A stretch of 62,435 nt of DNA from an uncultured Anaerolineaceae bacterium (GCA_964425305.1 CAYRMQ010000005.1:1-62435), one strand, 5' to 3'. Shown: positions 26,651-35,859, numbered from the stretch's first letter. The notes: generated by a model not told the origin, from the sequence alone. A program made the numbers and translations.

Positions 26651-28843
26651 CTACGGCCCGCCTGACGCCGATGTGGCCGCTGGACGCAAGTGGAGCCGGC
26701 GCAGCAGCTGGGCGTTGATCGCGACGATGATCGTCGAGGCGCTCATCGCGGCAGCGCCGGCGGCCATCGGCAGGACGAAGCCGACCGGCGCCAGGATGCC
26801 CGCCGCGAGGGGGATGGCGACGACGTTGTAGCCCGTCGCCCAGACGAGGTTCTGGACCATCTTGCCGTACGAGGCGCGCGACAGCTCGATGGCACCGACG
26901 ACGTCGCGCGGGTCGTTGCGCACGAGCACGATGCCGGCCGACTCGACGGCCACGTCGGTTCCGGCGCCGATAGCGATGCCGACGTCGGCCGCCGCCAGCG
27001 CCGGCGCGTCGTTGATGCCGTCGCCGACCATCGCCACCCGCCGGTCGCCCGCCTGGAAGCGCGCGACCGTGGCGGCCTTGTCGGCGGGCAGCACCTGCGC
27101 CGCCACCTCGTCGATGCCGAGGCGGCGCGCAACCGAGTTGGCGACCGCCTGCGCGTCGCCGGTGATCATCGCCACGCTCAGGCCCATCTCGTGCAGCCGA
27201 TCGACGGCCGCCTTCGACTCCGGTCTGATCTCGTCCTCCAGCGCCAGCGCGCCGACCACCTCACCATCGGCCACGACGTGGAGGATCGTCCGGCCCTCAT
27301 CGGCCCACGGCCGCGCCGCCCGCTCGAGCTCGGCCGGCGGCTGGATCCCCCGGTATTCGAGCAGCCGCGGGCCGCCGACGTAGACCTCGCGGCCAGCGAC
27401 GGTGGCGCGGGTGCCTCTCCCGGGCAGCGATTCGAAACCCTCGGCGGGGGGCGGGCGCACGCCGCGCTCGCGGGCGCCGGCGACAATCGCCCGGGCGAGC
27501 GGATGCTCGGAGTCCGCGTCGACGGCTGCCGCCAGGCCGAGGATCTCCTTCGCCTCGTGGTCGGCCGTCGCCACCACGTCGACGAGGACGTGCTGTCCGC
27601 GGGTCAGCGTGCCGGTCTTGTCGAAGATGACCACGTCGAGCTCGCGCGCGCGCTCGAGCGCCAGGCGGTCCTTGACCAGCAGCCCGTTGCGCGCGCCGAG
27701 CGACGTCGAGATGGCGATGACCAGCGGGATGGCCAGGCCGAGCGCGTGCGGGCAGGCGATGACGAGCACAGTGGCAGTCCGCACGAAGGCGCCCTCGGTC
27801 TCGCCCGCGACAAGCCATGCGAGGAGCGTGATCGCACCGGCGGCGAGTGCGACGTAGAAGAGGACGGCGGCAGCACGGTCGGCCAGTGCCTGAGCCCGCG
27901 AGCGCGACGACTGCGCCTCTTCGACGAGGCGCATGATGCCGGCCAGGGCGGTGCCCTCCCCCACCGCCGTCACGCGCAGGCGCAGCGACCCGCCGGCAAC
28001 GACGCTGCCCGCGACGACCTCGTCGCCGGCCTGCCTGGGAACCGGGCGTGACTCGCCGGTGATCATCGACTCGTCGAGGTCGGCCTGCCCTTCCTCGATG
28101 CGGCCGTCGACGGGCACGCGCCCGCCGGGGCGGACGAGCAGCAGGTCGCCCTTGCGCACATCCTGCACGCGCACTTCCTCTGTTCCCGCGTCGGTGATGC
28201 GCTCGGCGGTGTCGGGCAGCAGCTCGGCCAGGGCGGCAAGGGCGCCGCGTGCCTGCTCGATGGAGCGCATCTCGAGCCAGTGGCCCAGGAGCATGACCGT
28301 GATCAGCGTCGACAGCTCCCACCAGATCTCGACCTGGAAGATGCCCAGCGCGTTGGCCGCCGAGGCGACGAACGCGACGGTGATGGCCAGGCTGATCAAA
28401 GTCATCATCCCCGGCTGGCGGGCGTGCAGCTCGTGCCACGCCCCGCGCAGGAAGACGGGACCGCCGTAGGCGAAGACGGCCGTGGCCAGCAGCGGCGGGA
28501 TCAGGTCGCTGAAGGGGAATGCCGGCGCGCTGTAGCCGAGAAACTGCTGGACGCTCTCGCTCCAGATGACGACCGGAATGGACAGCGCCAGCGACACCCA
28601 GAAGCGATCCCGGAACATGGCCACCGAGTGGCCGGCGTGGCGGTCATGGGCGCGGGCGTGGTGGGCTTCCGTGCCGGCATCACCGGCCGCGAGATCGTGT
28701 GCGCCGTGGCTGGGTATCGGGCCTCCGGGCTGGGGGCTGTGGGCGTCGCCGGCCGGCGCGCCTTCGTCGGCTGGGTGCTCGAGTGTTCTGGGATGGTCGT
28801 GGTGATCTTCGTCGCGCATACTCCCCCAGAGTATCAGGCACAT
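26651..28843 (-). CDS. copB: copper-translocating P1B-type ATPase, CopB-like (His-rich N-terminus, CPH motif)
   Basis: N-terminus DEDHHDHPRTLEHP...HHARAHDRHAGH, transmembrane CPH (ACPHALGLA), DKTGTLT and GDGINDAPAL. An alternative start is ATG 28819. Confidence 0.9.
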   Translation of the reverse strand: MCLILWGSMRDEDHHDHPRTLEHPADEGAPAGDAHSPQPGGPIPSHGAHDLAAGDAGTEAHHARAHDRHAGHSVAMFRDRFWVSLALSIPVVIWSESVQQFLGYSAPAFPFSDLIPPLLATAVFAYGGPVFLRGAWHELHARQPGMMTLISLAITVAFVASAANALGIFQVEIWWELSTLITVMLLGHWLEMRSIEQARGALAALAELLPDTAERITDAGTEEVRVQDVRKGDLLLVRPGGRVPVDGRIEEGQADLDESMITGESRPVPRQAGDEVVAGSVVAGGSLRLRVTAVGEGTALAGIMRLVEEAQSSRSRAQALADRAAAVLFYVALAAGAITLLAWLVAGETEGAFVRTATVLVIACPHALGLAIPLVIAISTSLGARNGLLVKDRLALERARELDVVIFDKTGTLTRGQHVLVDVVATADHEAKEILGLAAAVDADSEHPLARAIVAGARERGVRPPPAEGFESLPGRGTRATVAGREVYVGGPRLLEYRGIQPPAELERAARPWADEGRTILHVVADGEVVGALALEDEIRPESKAAVDRLHEMGLSVAMITGDAQAVANSVARRLGIDEVAAQVLPADKAATVARFQAGDRRVAMVGDGINDAPALAAADVGIAIGAGTDVAVESAGIVLVRNDPRDVVGAIELSRASYGKMVQNLVWATGYNVVAIPLAAGILAPVGFVLPMAAGAAAMSASTIIVAINAQLLRRLHLRPAATSASGGP

Positions 28844-28979
28844 GTGCTGAGCCGGCGCGGCGGGACATGCTCACCCTATGAGCGTGTGCACCGAAATCCG
28901 CAGCCGCCTGGCTGAGCAAGCGAAGCCTCGGCGCTCGCCCCGCCGCCTGGCGACCCGGGAGGCGCCGGGCGGCTGCCCT

Positions 28980-29234
28980 TCAGGACTCTTCGATCCAGGG
29001 CCTCTCGCGCAGAGCGCGCTCGAGCGCGGCGATCTCGACCTCGAACTCGGAGATTTCGAGCTGGGCGGCTTCCTCAGCGGTGGATCCGGGCTCGGCGAGG
29101 ATGGCGCGCGCGACAGCGGCGGCGTGGCACCACAGCGCATCGGCCAGCTGGTCGAGCGTCTCAGCCGCCCGATCGTCGACGAACGCGGCATGATGCGCGG
29201 CCACGGGCATGGCGCGATGCGCAGCGGTGGGCAC
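28980..29234 (-). CDS. small helical protein with His/Met/Cys-containing N-terminus (84 aa), function unknown
   Basis: GTG 29234 is preceded by GGAGG 8 nt upstream. Translation: VPTAAHRAMPVAAHHAAFVDDRAAETLDQLADALWCHAAAVARAIL...EIAALERALRERPWIEES. It lies 136 nt upstream of copB on the same strand. The track ORF extends to 29357 via a TTG. Confidence 0.45.
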   Translation of the reverse strand: MPTAAHRAMPVAAHHAAFVDDRAAETLDQLADALWCHAAAVARAILAEPGSTAEEAAQLEISEFEVEIAALERALRERPWIEES

Positions 29235-29356
29235 GGCACTTACCTCCGCGGGACGTTCGGCTTGTCTGCCCACGGAGTCTCGCGCGACGGTGCCGCGCCG
29301 CACCAGTGCCATTCGGCCCGTTCGCCGCGCACGGTTCGCGCGATACTTATCGACCA

Positions 29357-30139
29357 ATGAGCCCCGACCGGCCGGCTGCGAGGGGCACCGGCCAGCAACT
29401 CGTGCTGGACAGCACGAAGTACGACGCCGTCATCTTCGACATGGATGGCGTCGTGACGCGGACGGCCGACGTTCATGCCACCGCCTGGAAGCGGCTCTTC
29501 GACGACTACCTGCGCCGGCACGCCGAGCAGACCGACGAGCCCTTCGTGCCCTTCGACGACGTCTCCGACTACCGCCGCTACGTCGACGGCAAGCCGCGCT
29601 ACGACGGCGTGCGCGACTTTCTCGCCTCGCGCGGCATCCGCCTGCCCGAGGGTGATCCCACCGACGCGCCCGAGCGGGAGACCGTTTGTGGCCTGGGCAA
29701 CAGGAAGGACGCCCTCTTCCTCGAGCAGCTGCGGCGGACGGGCGCGACGGTGTTCGAGTCGACCATCCAGCGGGCCGAGGAGCTCCGCGCTCGAGGACTC
29801 CGGCTGGCCATCATCTCAGCCAGCCGCAACGCGCCCGAGATCCTCTCCAGCGCCGGTGTAGGCAACCTCTTCGACGCGCGCGTTGACGGCAACGTCGCGG
29901 CCGAGCTGGGCCTGCCCGGCAAGCCCCACCCGGGAGTCTTCGAGGAGGCCGCCCGCCGCCTGGGCGTCGATCCGGCGCGAACGATCGTCGTCGAGGATGC
30001 GACGGCGGGGGTGGAGGCCGGCCGCCGCGGGGGCTTCGGCCTCGTCATCGGTGTGGACCGCGCCGGCCAGGTGGAGGAGCTGTACGCCCACGGGGCGCAT
30101 GTCGTGGTGGGGGACCTGGCCGAGCTGCGCGTATCTTGA
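29357..30139 (+). CDS. beta-phosphoglucomutase-family HAD hydrolase
   Basis: YDAVIFDMDGVVTRTADVH (DxDG HAD motif I), ISASRN and VVEDATAGVEAG. Start taken at ATG 29357. It is followed by the GH65 gene with a TTGA overlap. Confidence 0.85.
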   Translation: MSPDRPAARGTGQQLVLDSTKYDAVIFDMDGVVTRTADVHATAWKRLFDDYLRRHAEQTDEPFVPFDDVSDYRRYVDGKPRYDGVRDFLASRGIRLPEGDPTDAPERETVCGLGNRKDALFLEQLRRTGATVFESTIQRAEELRARGLRLAIISASRNAPEILSSAGVGNLFDARVDGNVAAELGLPGKPHPGVFEEAARRLGVDPARTIVVEDATAGVEAGRRGGFGLVIGVDRAGQVEELYAHGAHVVVGDLAELRVS

Positions 30140-32640
30140 GCCGGCCACTCCCGACCGAAACTGCCCTTGGGAGACCGTCGGACAGCCCCTGGCGGCTGAC
30201 CTATCCCGACTTCCTGCCGGCCGAGGAAGGCCGGCGCGAGGCGCTGTGCACCGTCGGCAACGGCTACTTCGCCACGCGCGGCGCCGCGCCCGAGTCGAGC
30301 GCGGACGCGACGCACTACCCGGGCACGTACGTCGCGGGCTGCTACAACCGCCTCGAGTCCGACATCGATGGCCTGAGCGTCGAGGACGAGAGCATGGTCA
30401 ACGTGCCCAACTGGCTGGTGCTGCGCTTCCGGCCGGAGGGCGGCGACTGGTTCGAGCCGGCCACCGCCGAGCTGGTCGACTACCGCCAGGTGCTGGACAT
30501 GCGGCGCGCGGTGCTCGAGCGGGAGCTGCGCTTCCGCGACGGGATCGGCCGCGTCACGCGCGTCCTCCAGCGCCGCTTTGCCCATCTGCGTGAGCCCCAC
30601 CTGGCCGGCCTCGAGACGACCTTCACGGCGGAGAACTGGTCGGGCGCGCTCGAGGTCCACTCGGCCGTTGACGGCCAGGTTCGCAATGCCGGCGTCGAGC
30701 GCTACCGGCCGCTGGCCGACGACCACGTGCGCCCGTTCGAAGCCCTGCAGGCCACCGACGACACGGTCGCCCTCCAGGTCGAGACCGTCCAGTCGCGCAT
30801 TCGCATCGCGCAGGCCGCCCGGGCACGTGTCTTCAAGGGGGAGCGGCTGCTCGAGGTTCCGCGGCAGACGACGATCGAGGACCGCTACGTCGGGCAGGAC
30901 CTGCGCCTCGACCTGCGCCGCGGCCGGCCGCAGCGTGTCGAGAAGATCGTCGCGATCTACACCTCGCGCGACCGCGCCATCTCGGAGGCCGGTCTCGAGG
31001 CACGCACGGCGCTTCTCCGCGCGCCCGCCTTCGCCGAGCTGCTGGCCGGCCACGCCCGCGCATGGGACCACCTGTGGCGCCGCTTCCACCTCTCGATCAA
31101 GGGCGACCTGGAGGCCGAGCGCATCCTCAACCTGCACATCCTGCACCTGCTCCAGACCGTTTCGCCGAACACCATCGACCTCGACGTTGGCGTGCCCGCC
31201 CGCGGGCTCCACGGCGAGGCTTACAAGGGCCACATCTTCTGGGACGAGCTGTTCATCTTCCCGTACCTGACGCTGCACATGCCCGAGCTGACGCGGTCGC
31301 TGCTGGGCTACCGCTACCGGCGCCTGCCCGAGGCGCGCTGGGCGGCGCGCGAGCACGGCCTCGCCGGCGCGATGTTCCCGTGGCAGAGCGGCAGCAATGG
31401 GCGCGAGGAGACCGACCGCTTCTACCTCAACCCGCGCTCCGGGCGCTGGATACCGGACCACACCCACCTCCAGCGCCACGTCGGCTCGGCCGTCGCCTAC
31501 AACGCGTGGAAGTACTACCAGGTGACCGGCGACGTCGAGTTTCTCGACTCGTTCGGCGCCGAGCTGATCATCGACGTCGCGCGCTTCTGGGCGAGCCTGG
31601 CCACCTTCAACGAGTCGCTCGGCCGCTACGAGATACGCGGCGTGATGGGCCCCGACGAGTTCCACGACCGCTATCCCGGCCGCGACGAGCCGGGCCTCGA
31701 CAACAACTCGTACACCAACCTGCTGGCGGTCTGGACGATCTGCCGCGCGCTCGACTGCATCGGCCTGCTGACGCCCGACCGCTGGGCCGAGATGGCCGAG
31801 CGCCTCGGCGTCGCCGACTCGGAGGTCGATCGGATGGTCGACGTCTCGCGGCGCATGCGGCTGGTCTTCCACGCCGACGGCGTGCTCAGCCAGTTCGAGG
31901 GCTACGAGGAGCTGGAGGAGCTCGACTGGGAGGCCTACCGGCAGCGCTACGGCAACATCCAGCGGCTCGACCTGATCCTCGAGGCCGAGGGCCACAGCCC
32001 CAATCGCTACAAGCTGTCGAAGCAGGCCGACGTGCTGATGCTCTTCTACCTCTTCTCGGCGGAGGAGCTGGCCGACCTGTTCGAGCGCCTCGGCTATCGC
32101 TTCGACCCCGAATTCATCCCGGCCACGATCGACTACTACCTGGCCCGCTCGTCGGAGGGCTCCACGCTCAGCCGCGTGGCCAATGCGTGGGTCCTGTCGC
32201 GCTCGGATCGCGCCTACTCCTGGCGCTGGTTCCGCGAGGCGCTGATGAGCGACGTCGCCGACATCCAGGACGGCACCACGCCGGAAGGTATCCACCTCGG
32301 CGCGATGGCCGGCACCGTCGACATCATCCAGCGCTGCTACACCGGCCTCGACGTCCACGGCGACGTGCTCTGGCTGAACCCGCGCCTGCCGGCCGAGGTG
32401 CGCAGCCTCGACCTGCACGTCCACTACCGCAACCAGCTCCTTCACATCGAGATCACCGACGAGGTGATCGAGGTCCAGCTCGACCCGGCAGCCCGTGCAG
32501 CGGTGACGGTCGGGCTCTTCGACCGTCCCGAGCGGCTGGAGCCCGGCGCGACGCTGTCACGGCGCATCGGTCCCGAGCCCGCGGCCAGCGATGGCCGTCG
32601 CCGCCGCCGTCGAAGAACCGTGGCCGGGGACACGAGGTAG
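30136..32640 (+). CDS. glycoside hydrolase family 65 protein (maltose/trehalose/kojibiose phosphorylase-like)
   Basis: REALCTVGNGYFATRGA, GLHGEAYKGHIFWDELFIFPYL, MFPWQSG and GIHLGAMAG motifs of GH65 phosphorylases. TTG start overlaps the upstream TGA. Confidence 0.9.
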   Translation: MSRPLPTETALGRPSDSPWRLTYPDFLPAEEGRREALCTVGNGYFATRGAAPESSADATHYPGTYVAGCYNRLESDIDGLSVEDESMVNVPNWLVLRFRPEGGDWFEPATAELVDYRQVLDMRRAVLERELRFRDGIGRVTRVLQRRFAHLREPHLAGLETTFTAENWSGALEVHSAVDGQVRNAGVERYRPLADDHVRPFEALQATDDTVALQVETVQSRIRIAQAARARVFKGERLLEVPRQTTIEDRYVGQDLRLDLRRGRPQRVEKIVAIYTSRDRAISEAGLEARTALLRAPAFAELLAGHARAWDHLWRRFHLSIKGDLEAERILNLHILHLLQTVSPNTIDLDVGVPARGLHGEAYKGHIFWDELFIFPYLTLHMPELTRSLLGYRYRRLPEARWAAREHGLAGAMFPWQSGSNGREETDRFYLNPRSGRWIPDHTHLQRHVGSAVAYNAWKYYQVTGDVEFLDSFGAELIIDVARFWASLATFNESLGRYEIRGVMGPDEFHDRYPGRDEPGLDNNSYTNLLAVWTICRALDCIGLLTPDRWAEMAERLGVADSEVDRMVDVSRRMRLVFHADGVLSQFEGYEELEELDWEAYRQRYGNIQRLDLILEAEGHSPNRYKLSKQADVLMLFYLFSAEELADLFERLGYRFDPEFIPATIDYYLARSSEGSTLSRVANAWVLSRSDRAYSWRWFREALMSDVADIQDGTTPEGIHLGAMAGTVDIIQRCYTGLDVHGDVLWLNPRLPAEVRSLDLHVHYRNQLLHIEITDEVIEVQLDPAARAAVTVGLFDRPERLEPGATLSRRIGPEPAASDGRRRRRRRTVAGDTR

Positions 32641-32665
32641 ACGCTCGCCAAATCGCACTACACTC

Positions 32666-32722
32666 GTGCCGGCGATGGGGCTCGCCTTCAACCGTCCGCC
32701 GGGCTGATGGCTCCTACCGATC
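32666..32722 (+). promoter_or_regulatory. fluoride riboswitch (crcB RNA motif)
   Basis: GCCGGCGAUGGGGCUCGCCUUCAACCGUCCGCCGGGCUGAUGGCUCCUACCG matches the GGCGAUGG.G.UCGCC...AACCG...GCUGAUG..UCCUAC consensus. It lies about 30 nt upstream of the crcB ATG. Confidence 0.85.
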
Positions 32723-32749
32723 TCTTCGGAGCAGACGGAGACGCAGCCC

Positions 32750-33124
32750 ATGACCAATCTCCTGCTGATAGGAGCAGGCGGCTTCCTGGGAGCCGTCGTG
32801 CGCTACATCGTCGATGGTCGCGTCGTTCACCACACCGGCGCGGCGCTGCCGTGGGGCACGTTCTTCATCAACATCAGTGGCTCGTTCCTCGTCGGGCTGC
32901 TGTTCGCCCTGGTGACCGAGCGCGCCGTGCTGCCCGCCGAGCTGCGCGGACCGCTGATGATCGGCTTCCTCGGCTCGTACACGACCTTCTCGACGCTGAC
33001 GCTCGAGGCGTGGCGGATGATCGAGGAGGGCGCCTGGCTGGAGGCGACGGCAAACCTCGGCGGATCGGTGCTCTTCGGCATGGCCGCCGTCGTCGCCGGC
33101 GTGATCGTCGGGAGGATGCTGTGA
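32750..33124 (+). CDS. crcB: fluoride channel CrcB/FluC
   Basis: LLIGAGGFLGAVVRY...PWGTFFINISGSFLVG...GFLGSYTTFST is the canonical CrcB pattern. 124 aa. Confidence 0.92.
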   Translation: MTNLLLIGAGGFLGAVVRYIVDGRVVHHTGAALPWGTFFINISGSFLVGLLFALVTERAVLPAELRGPLMIGFLGSYTTFSTLTLEAWRMIEEGAWLEATANLGGSVLFGMAAVVAGVIVGRML

Positions 33125-33459
33125 AGCTCGAAGGAACCGGCCTGCTGCTGCGTGTCTACATCGGCGAGAACGACCGCTGGCACGGCCAGCCGCTGTACCA
33201 CGCGATCGTCGAGCGCCTGCGCGCCGAGGGTCTGGCCGGGGCAACTGTGCTGCGCGGCATCGAGGGCTATGGCGCCAAGCAGCACCTGCACACGACGCGC
33301 ATCCTGCGCCTGTCGGAGGACCTGCCGCTGCTGATCGAGGCCGTCGACACCGAAGAGAAGATTCGCGCCATCCTGCCGTTGATGGACGAGATGGTCGGTG
33401 ACGGCTTGATCACGCTCGAGAAGGTCGACGTCATCGCCTACCGCGCCGGCGAGCGGTGA
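33121..33459 (+). CDS. DUF190 (PII-like) domain protein commonly linked to crcB
   Basis: VKLEGTGLLLRVYIGENDRWHGQPLYHAIVERLRAEGLAGATVLRGIEGYG fits DUF190. The GTG start overlaps the crcB TGA (GTGA). Confidence 0.85.
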   Translation: MKLEGTGLLLRVYIGENDRWHGQPLYHAIVERLRAEGLAGATVLRGIEGYGAKQHLHTTRILRLSEDLPLLIEAVDTEEKIRAILPLMDEMVGDGLITLEKVDVIAYRAGER

Positions 33460-33688
33460 CGCGCAGCGGCACTGGCGTGTGGCGCCGCCCACGGGGGTCG
33501 AGCTCCTGGCACACGCTTCGGACACAACCTCCGGACGCAAGCTCCTGACACGAGTTCCTGGCATTTGACGGCGGAGCCGACCTTACGCTCAAACCCGACT
33601 CCCTTCGGCACGCTCACGAACCACGCCGGCGCCCGACTCGAGCGTGGATCGCGGCCGCTGGCGGGGCGTATCGGCCGCTGGACTCGCA

Positions 33689-33768
33689 TAGTGTCGGCCG
33701 AGCCGACATCTGGCGGAAGATGGCGGCGGACCGACCGGTAGTGTCGGCCGCGCCGACATCTGGCGGAA
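33689..33768. repeat. two 30-nt direct repeats (50-nt period), each containing a 7-8 bp hairpin
   Basis: TAGTGTCGGCCGAGCCGACATCTGGCGGAA (33689-33718) and TAGTGTCGGCCGCGCCGACATCTGGCGGAA (33739-33768) differ by 1 nt, in the loop. The stem is TGTCGGC/GCCGACA. Confidence 0.9.
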
Positions 33769-33828
33769 TCACCCGCGAGCGGCACCCGGAAATCGGTCCC
33801 GGCGACCGATGGCCGGTCAGCTTACGGC

Positions 33829-33856
33829 CTTCAGCTACGGCCCTTCAGCTACGGCC
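33829..33856. repeat. perfect 2 x 14-nt tandem repeat (CTTCAGCTACGGCC)
   Basis: Read directly at 33829-33842 and 33843-33856, preceded by the partial copy CAGCTTACGGC. It sits about 45 nt from the rtcB stop. Confidence 0.9.
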
Positions 33857-33901
33857 GGTCACCGACGGTCGGCCGAGGCCTGCTGATGCGCCACTCGAGC
33901 C

Positions 33902-35404
33902 TCAACCCTTGATCACCGCCAGCGGGCGCAGGCGGGCGACGGGGCGCAGGAGGCCGGCCTTCTCGGCGACGCGGACGACCTCGGCCACGTCCTTGTAGGC
34001 GATAGACGCCTCCTCGCCGAGCAGGCGCGGGCTCTCGGCACGGACGACGATCCCGTCGCGCTCCAGCTCGCCGGCGATGTCGACGCCGCGCAGTTGGCGC
34101 AGGGCGGCCTGGCGCGACAGCGCACGGCCGGCGCCATGGCAGGTGGAGCCGAACGACTCGGCCATCGAGCCCGGCGCGCCGACGGCGACGTACGAGTGGC
34201 GACCCATGTCGCCCGGCACCATCACCGGCTGGCCCACCTCGCGGTAGGCGGCCGGCACGTCGGGGTGGCCGGCGGGGAAGGCGCGCGTGGCGCCCTTGCG
34301 ATGGACGCACACCTCGACCTCGGCGCCGTCGACGGTGTGCCGCTCGAACTTGGCCATGTTGTGGCTGACGTCGTAAACGAGCTCGAGTCCCAGCCGGCGG
34401 GCGTCGCGGCCGAGCACCCTCTCGAACGCGCCACGCACGGCATGGCCGATGAGCTGGCGGTTGGCCCACGCGAAGTTGGCCGCCGCAGCCATCGCGCAGA
34501 GGTAAGCCCTCCCCTCCTCCGAGTCGATCGGGGCACAGGCCAGCTGCCGGTCCGGCACCTCGATGCCGTAGCGCTTCATCGCGCGGTCGAGGACGGCGAC
34601 GTGGTCGGTGCAGACCTGGTGACCGAGCCCGCGCGAGCCGCAATGGATGAAGACGACGACCTGCCCGTCGAACAGGCCCAGCGCCGCGGCAGCTTCCTTG
34701 TCGGCAACGTCGTCGACGGCGTCGACCTCGAGGAAGTGGTTGCCCGAGCCGAGCGTGCCCAGCTGGTCTGATCCGCGCTGCCGGGCGCGCGTCGAGACGG
34801 CGCTCGGGTCGGCGCCGCCCAGGCGGCCGCGCTCCTCGGTCCGCTCGATGTCCTCGGGCCAGCCGTCGCCACGCTCGATCGCCCAGCCGGCGCCCTGGCG
34901 CAGGACGTTCTCGAGCTCGTCTGGCGTGAGCCGCCGTCCGATCGACGCCCCAATGCCGGACGGCACGGCGCGAAAGAGCTCGTCGGCCAGCCGCTCGAGG
35001 CGGGGCCTGAGGTCCTCGACGGTCAGGTCGGAGCGCATCAACCGGACGCCGCAGTTGATGTCGAAGCCGATGCCGCCGGGGCTGATCACGCCGTCCGCGC
35101 GGCGCATCGCCGCCACGCCGCCGATCGGGAAGCCGTAGCCCCAGTGGATGTCGGGCATCGCCAGCGAATGGCCGACGATGCCGGGCAGCGTCGCGACGTT
35201 GGCCACCTGCGCCAGCGCCGGATCGTCGCGCAGGCTCTCCATCAGCCGGTCGCTGGCGTAGACGAGACCGTCGACCCGCATGTCGGCGCGCTGCTCGCGC
35301 GGCAGCCGCCAGCGCACGTCATCGAGCCGCTCCACCTGTGGGCTGCGCGGCGCCCTGCGCTGTCCGCGATCGGCGGCCGGCGCACGCTTGCGCTTGGCGC
35401 TCAT
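33902..35404 (-). CDS. rtcB: RNA-splicing ligase RtcB
   Basis: MPDIHWGYGFPIGGVAA, FDINCGVR, GSGNHFLE, HCGSRGLGHQV and CHGAGR motifs. The ATG at 35404 overlaps the archease TGA (ATGA). The track ORF extends to 35677. Confidence 0.93.
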   Translation of the reverse strand: MSAKRKRAPAADRGQRRAPRSPQVERLDDVRWRLPREQRADMRVDGLVYASDRLMESLRDDPALAQVANVATLPGIVGHSLAMPDIHWGYGFPIGGVAAMRRADGVISPGGIGFDINCGVRLMRSDLTVEDLRPRLERLADELFRAVPSGIGASIGRRLTPDELENVLRQGAGWAIERGDGWPEDIERTEERGRLGGADPSAVSTRARQRGSDQLGTLGSGNHFLEVDAVDDVADKEAAAALGLFDGQVVVFIHCGSRGLGHQVCTDHVAVLDRAMKRYGIEVPDRQLACAPIDSEEGRAYLCAMAAAANFAWANRQLIGHAVRGAFERVLGRDARRLGLELVYDVSHNMAKFERHTVDGAEVEVCVHRKGATRAFPAGHPDVPAAYREVGQPVMVPGDMGRHSYVAVGAPGSMAESFGSTCHGAGRALSRQAALRQLRGVDIAGELERDGIVVRAESPRLLGEEASIAYKDVAEVVRVAEKAGLLRPVARLRPLAVIKG

Positions 35405-35859
35405 ATGTCGAGGTATGCCTCCATCGTCCAGGCCCCGCCGCGGCGCTCGACGCTCAGCCGGTGGTAGGTCGCCGACTTCACCTGGCGCAGGCCCGCTCCG
35501 GCGGCGGCCAGCCCGACCCGCCCACGCAGCGCCCAGCCGCCGGCTTGGACGTCCTCGACATCGACGTCGGTGGCCACGACGCTGCGGCGGTGGATCTCCG
35601 ACAGCCCGATGAGCTCGTTCAGCCAGGCGTAAGCCAGGCCGGGCAGGTCGCCGACTTCGAGCTCGACGTCGATCCATGCCTGCGGCTCACCCACCGGCGC
35701 GCCTCCGGCCACGTCGGTCAGCGCCCGTGCCGCCTCGGCGAACAGCTCGGGCAGTGTGGCGGCCCGAGCACGAAAACCGGCGTCGGCGGTGTGTGCCAGC
35801 AACTCGTGTCCGCGCACATGCCCATTTTGAAGGCGATCAGCGGAACGGCGCGGCGGCAA
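35401..35859 (-). CDS. archease (RtcB activator)
   Basis: HELLAHTADAGFRA...KSATYHRLSVE...MEAYLDI is the archease pattern. The start is uncertain: TTG 35859 overlaps the hsp20 3' end, and GTG 35814 is the alternative. Confidence 0.85.
   Translation of the reverse strand: MPPRRSADRLQNGHVRGHELLAHTADAGFRARAATLPELFAEAARALTDVAGGAPVGEPQAWIDVELEVGDLPGLAYAWLNELIGLSEIHRRSVVATDVDVEDVQAGGWALRGRVGLAAAGAGLRQVKSATYHRLSVERRGGAWTMEAYLDI

Noticed and set aside
33486-33570. TGGCAC / TGGCAT motifs as a sigma-54 promoter (relevant because rtcB is sigma-54/RtcR-controlled in Proteobacteria).
   Set aside because: There is no TTGC element at the required 4-5 nt spacing. The motifs lie downstream of rtcB between convergent genes, and no rtcR is present.
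33689-33768. Palindrome-containing direct repeats as a mini CRISPR array.
   Set aside because: There are only two copies with a 20-nt spacer and no cas genes. The repeat length and spacer geometry are wrong for CRISPR.
33720-33998. 92-aa plus-strand ORF starting inside the repeat cluster.
   Set aside because: No spacing between the SD-like GGCGGAAG and the ATG, Arg/Pro/Thr-rich translation, and overlap with the rtcB 3' end. It is most likely spurious.
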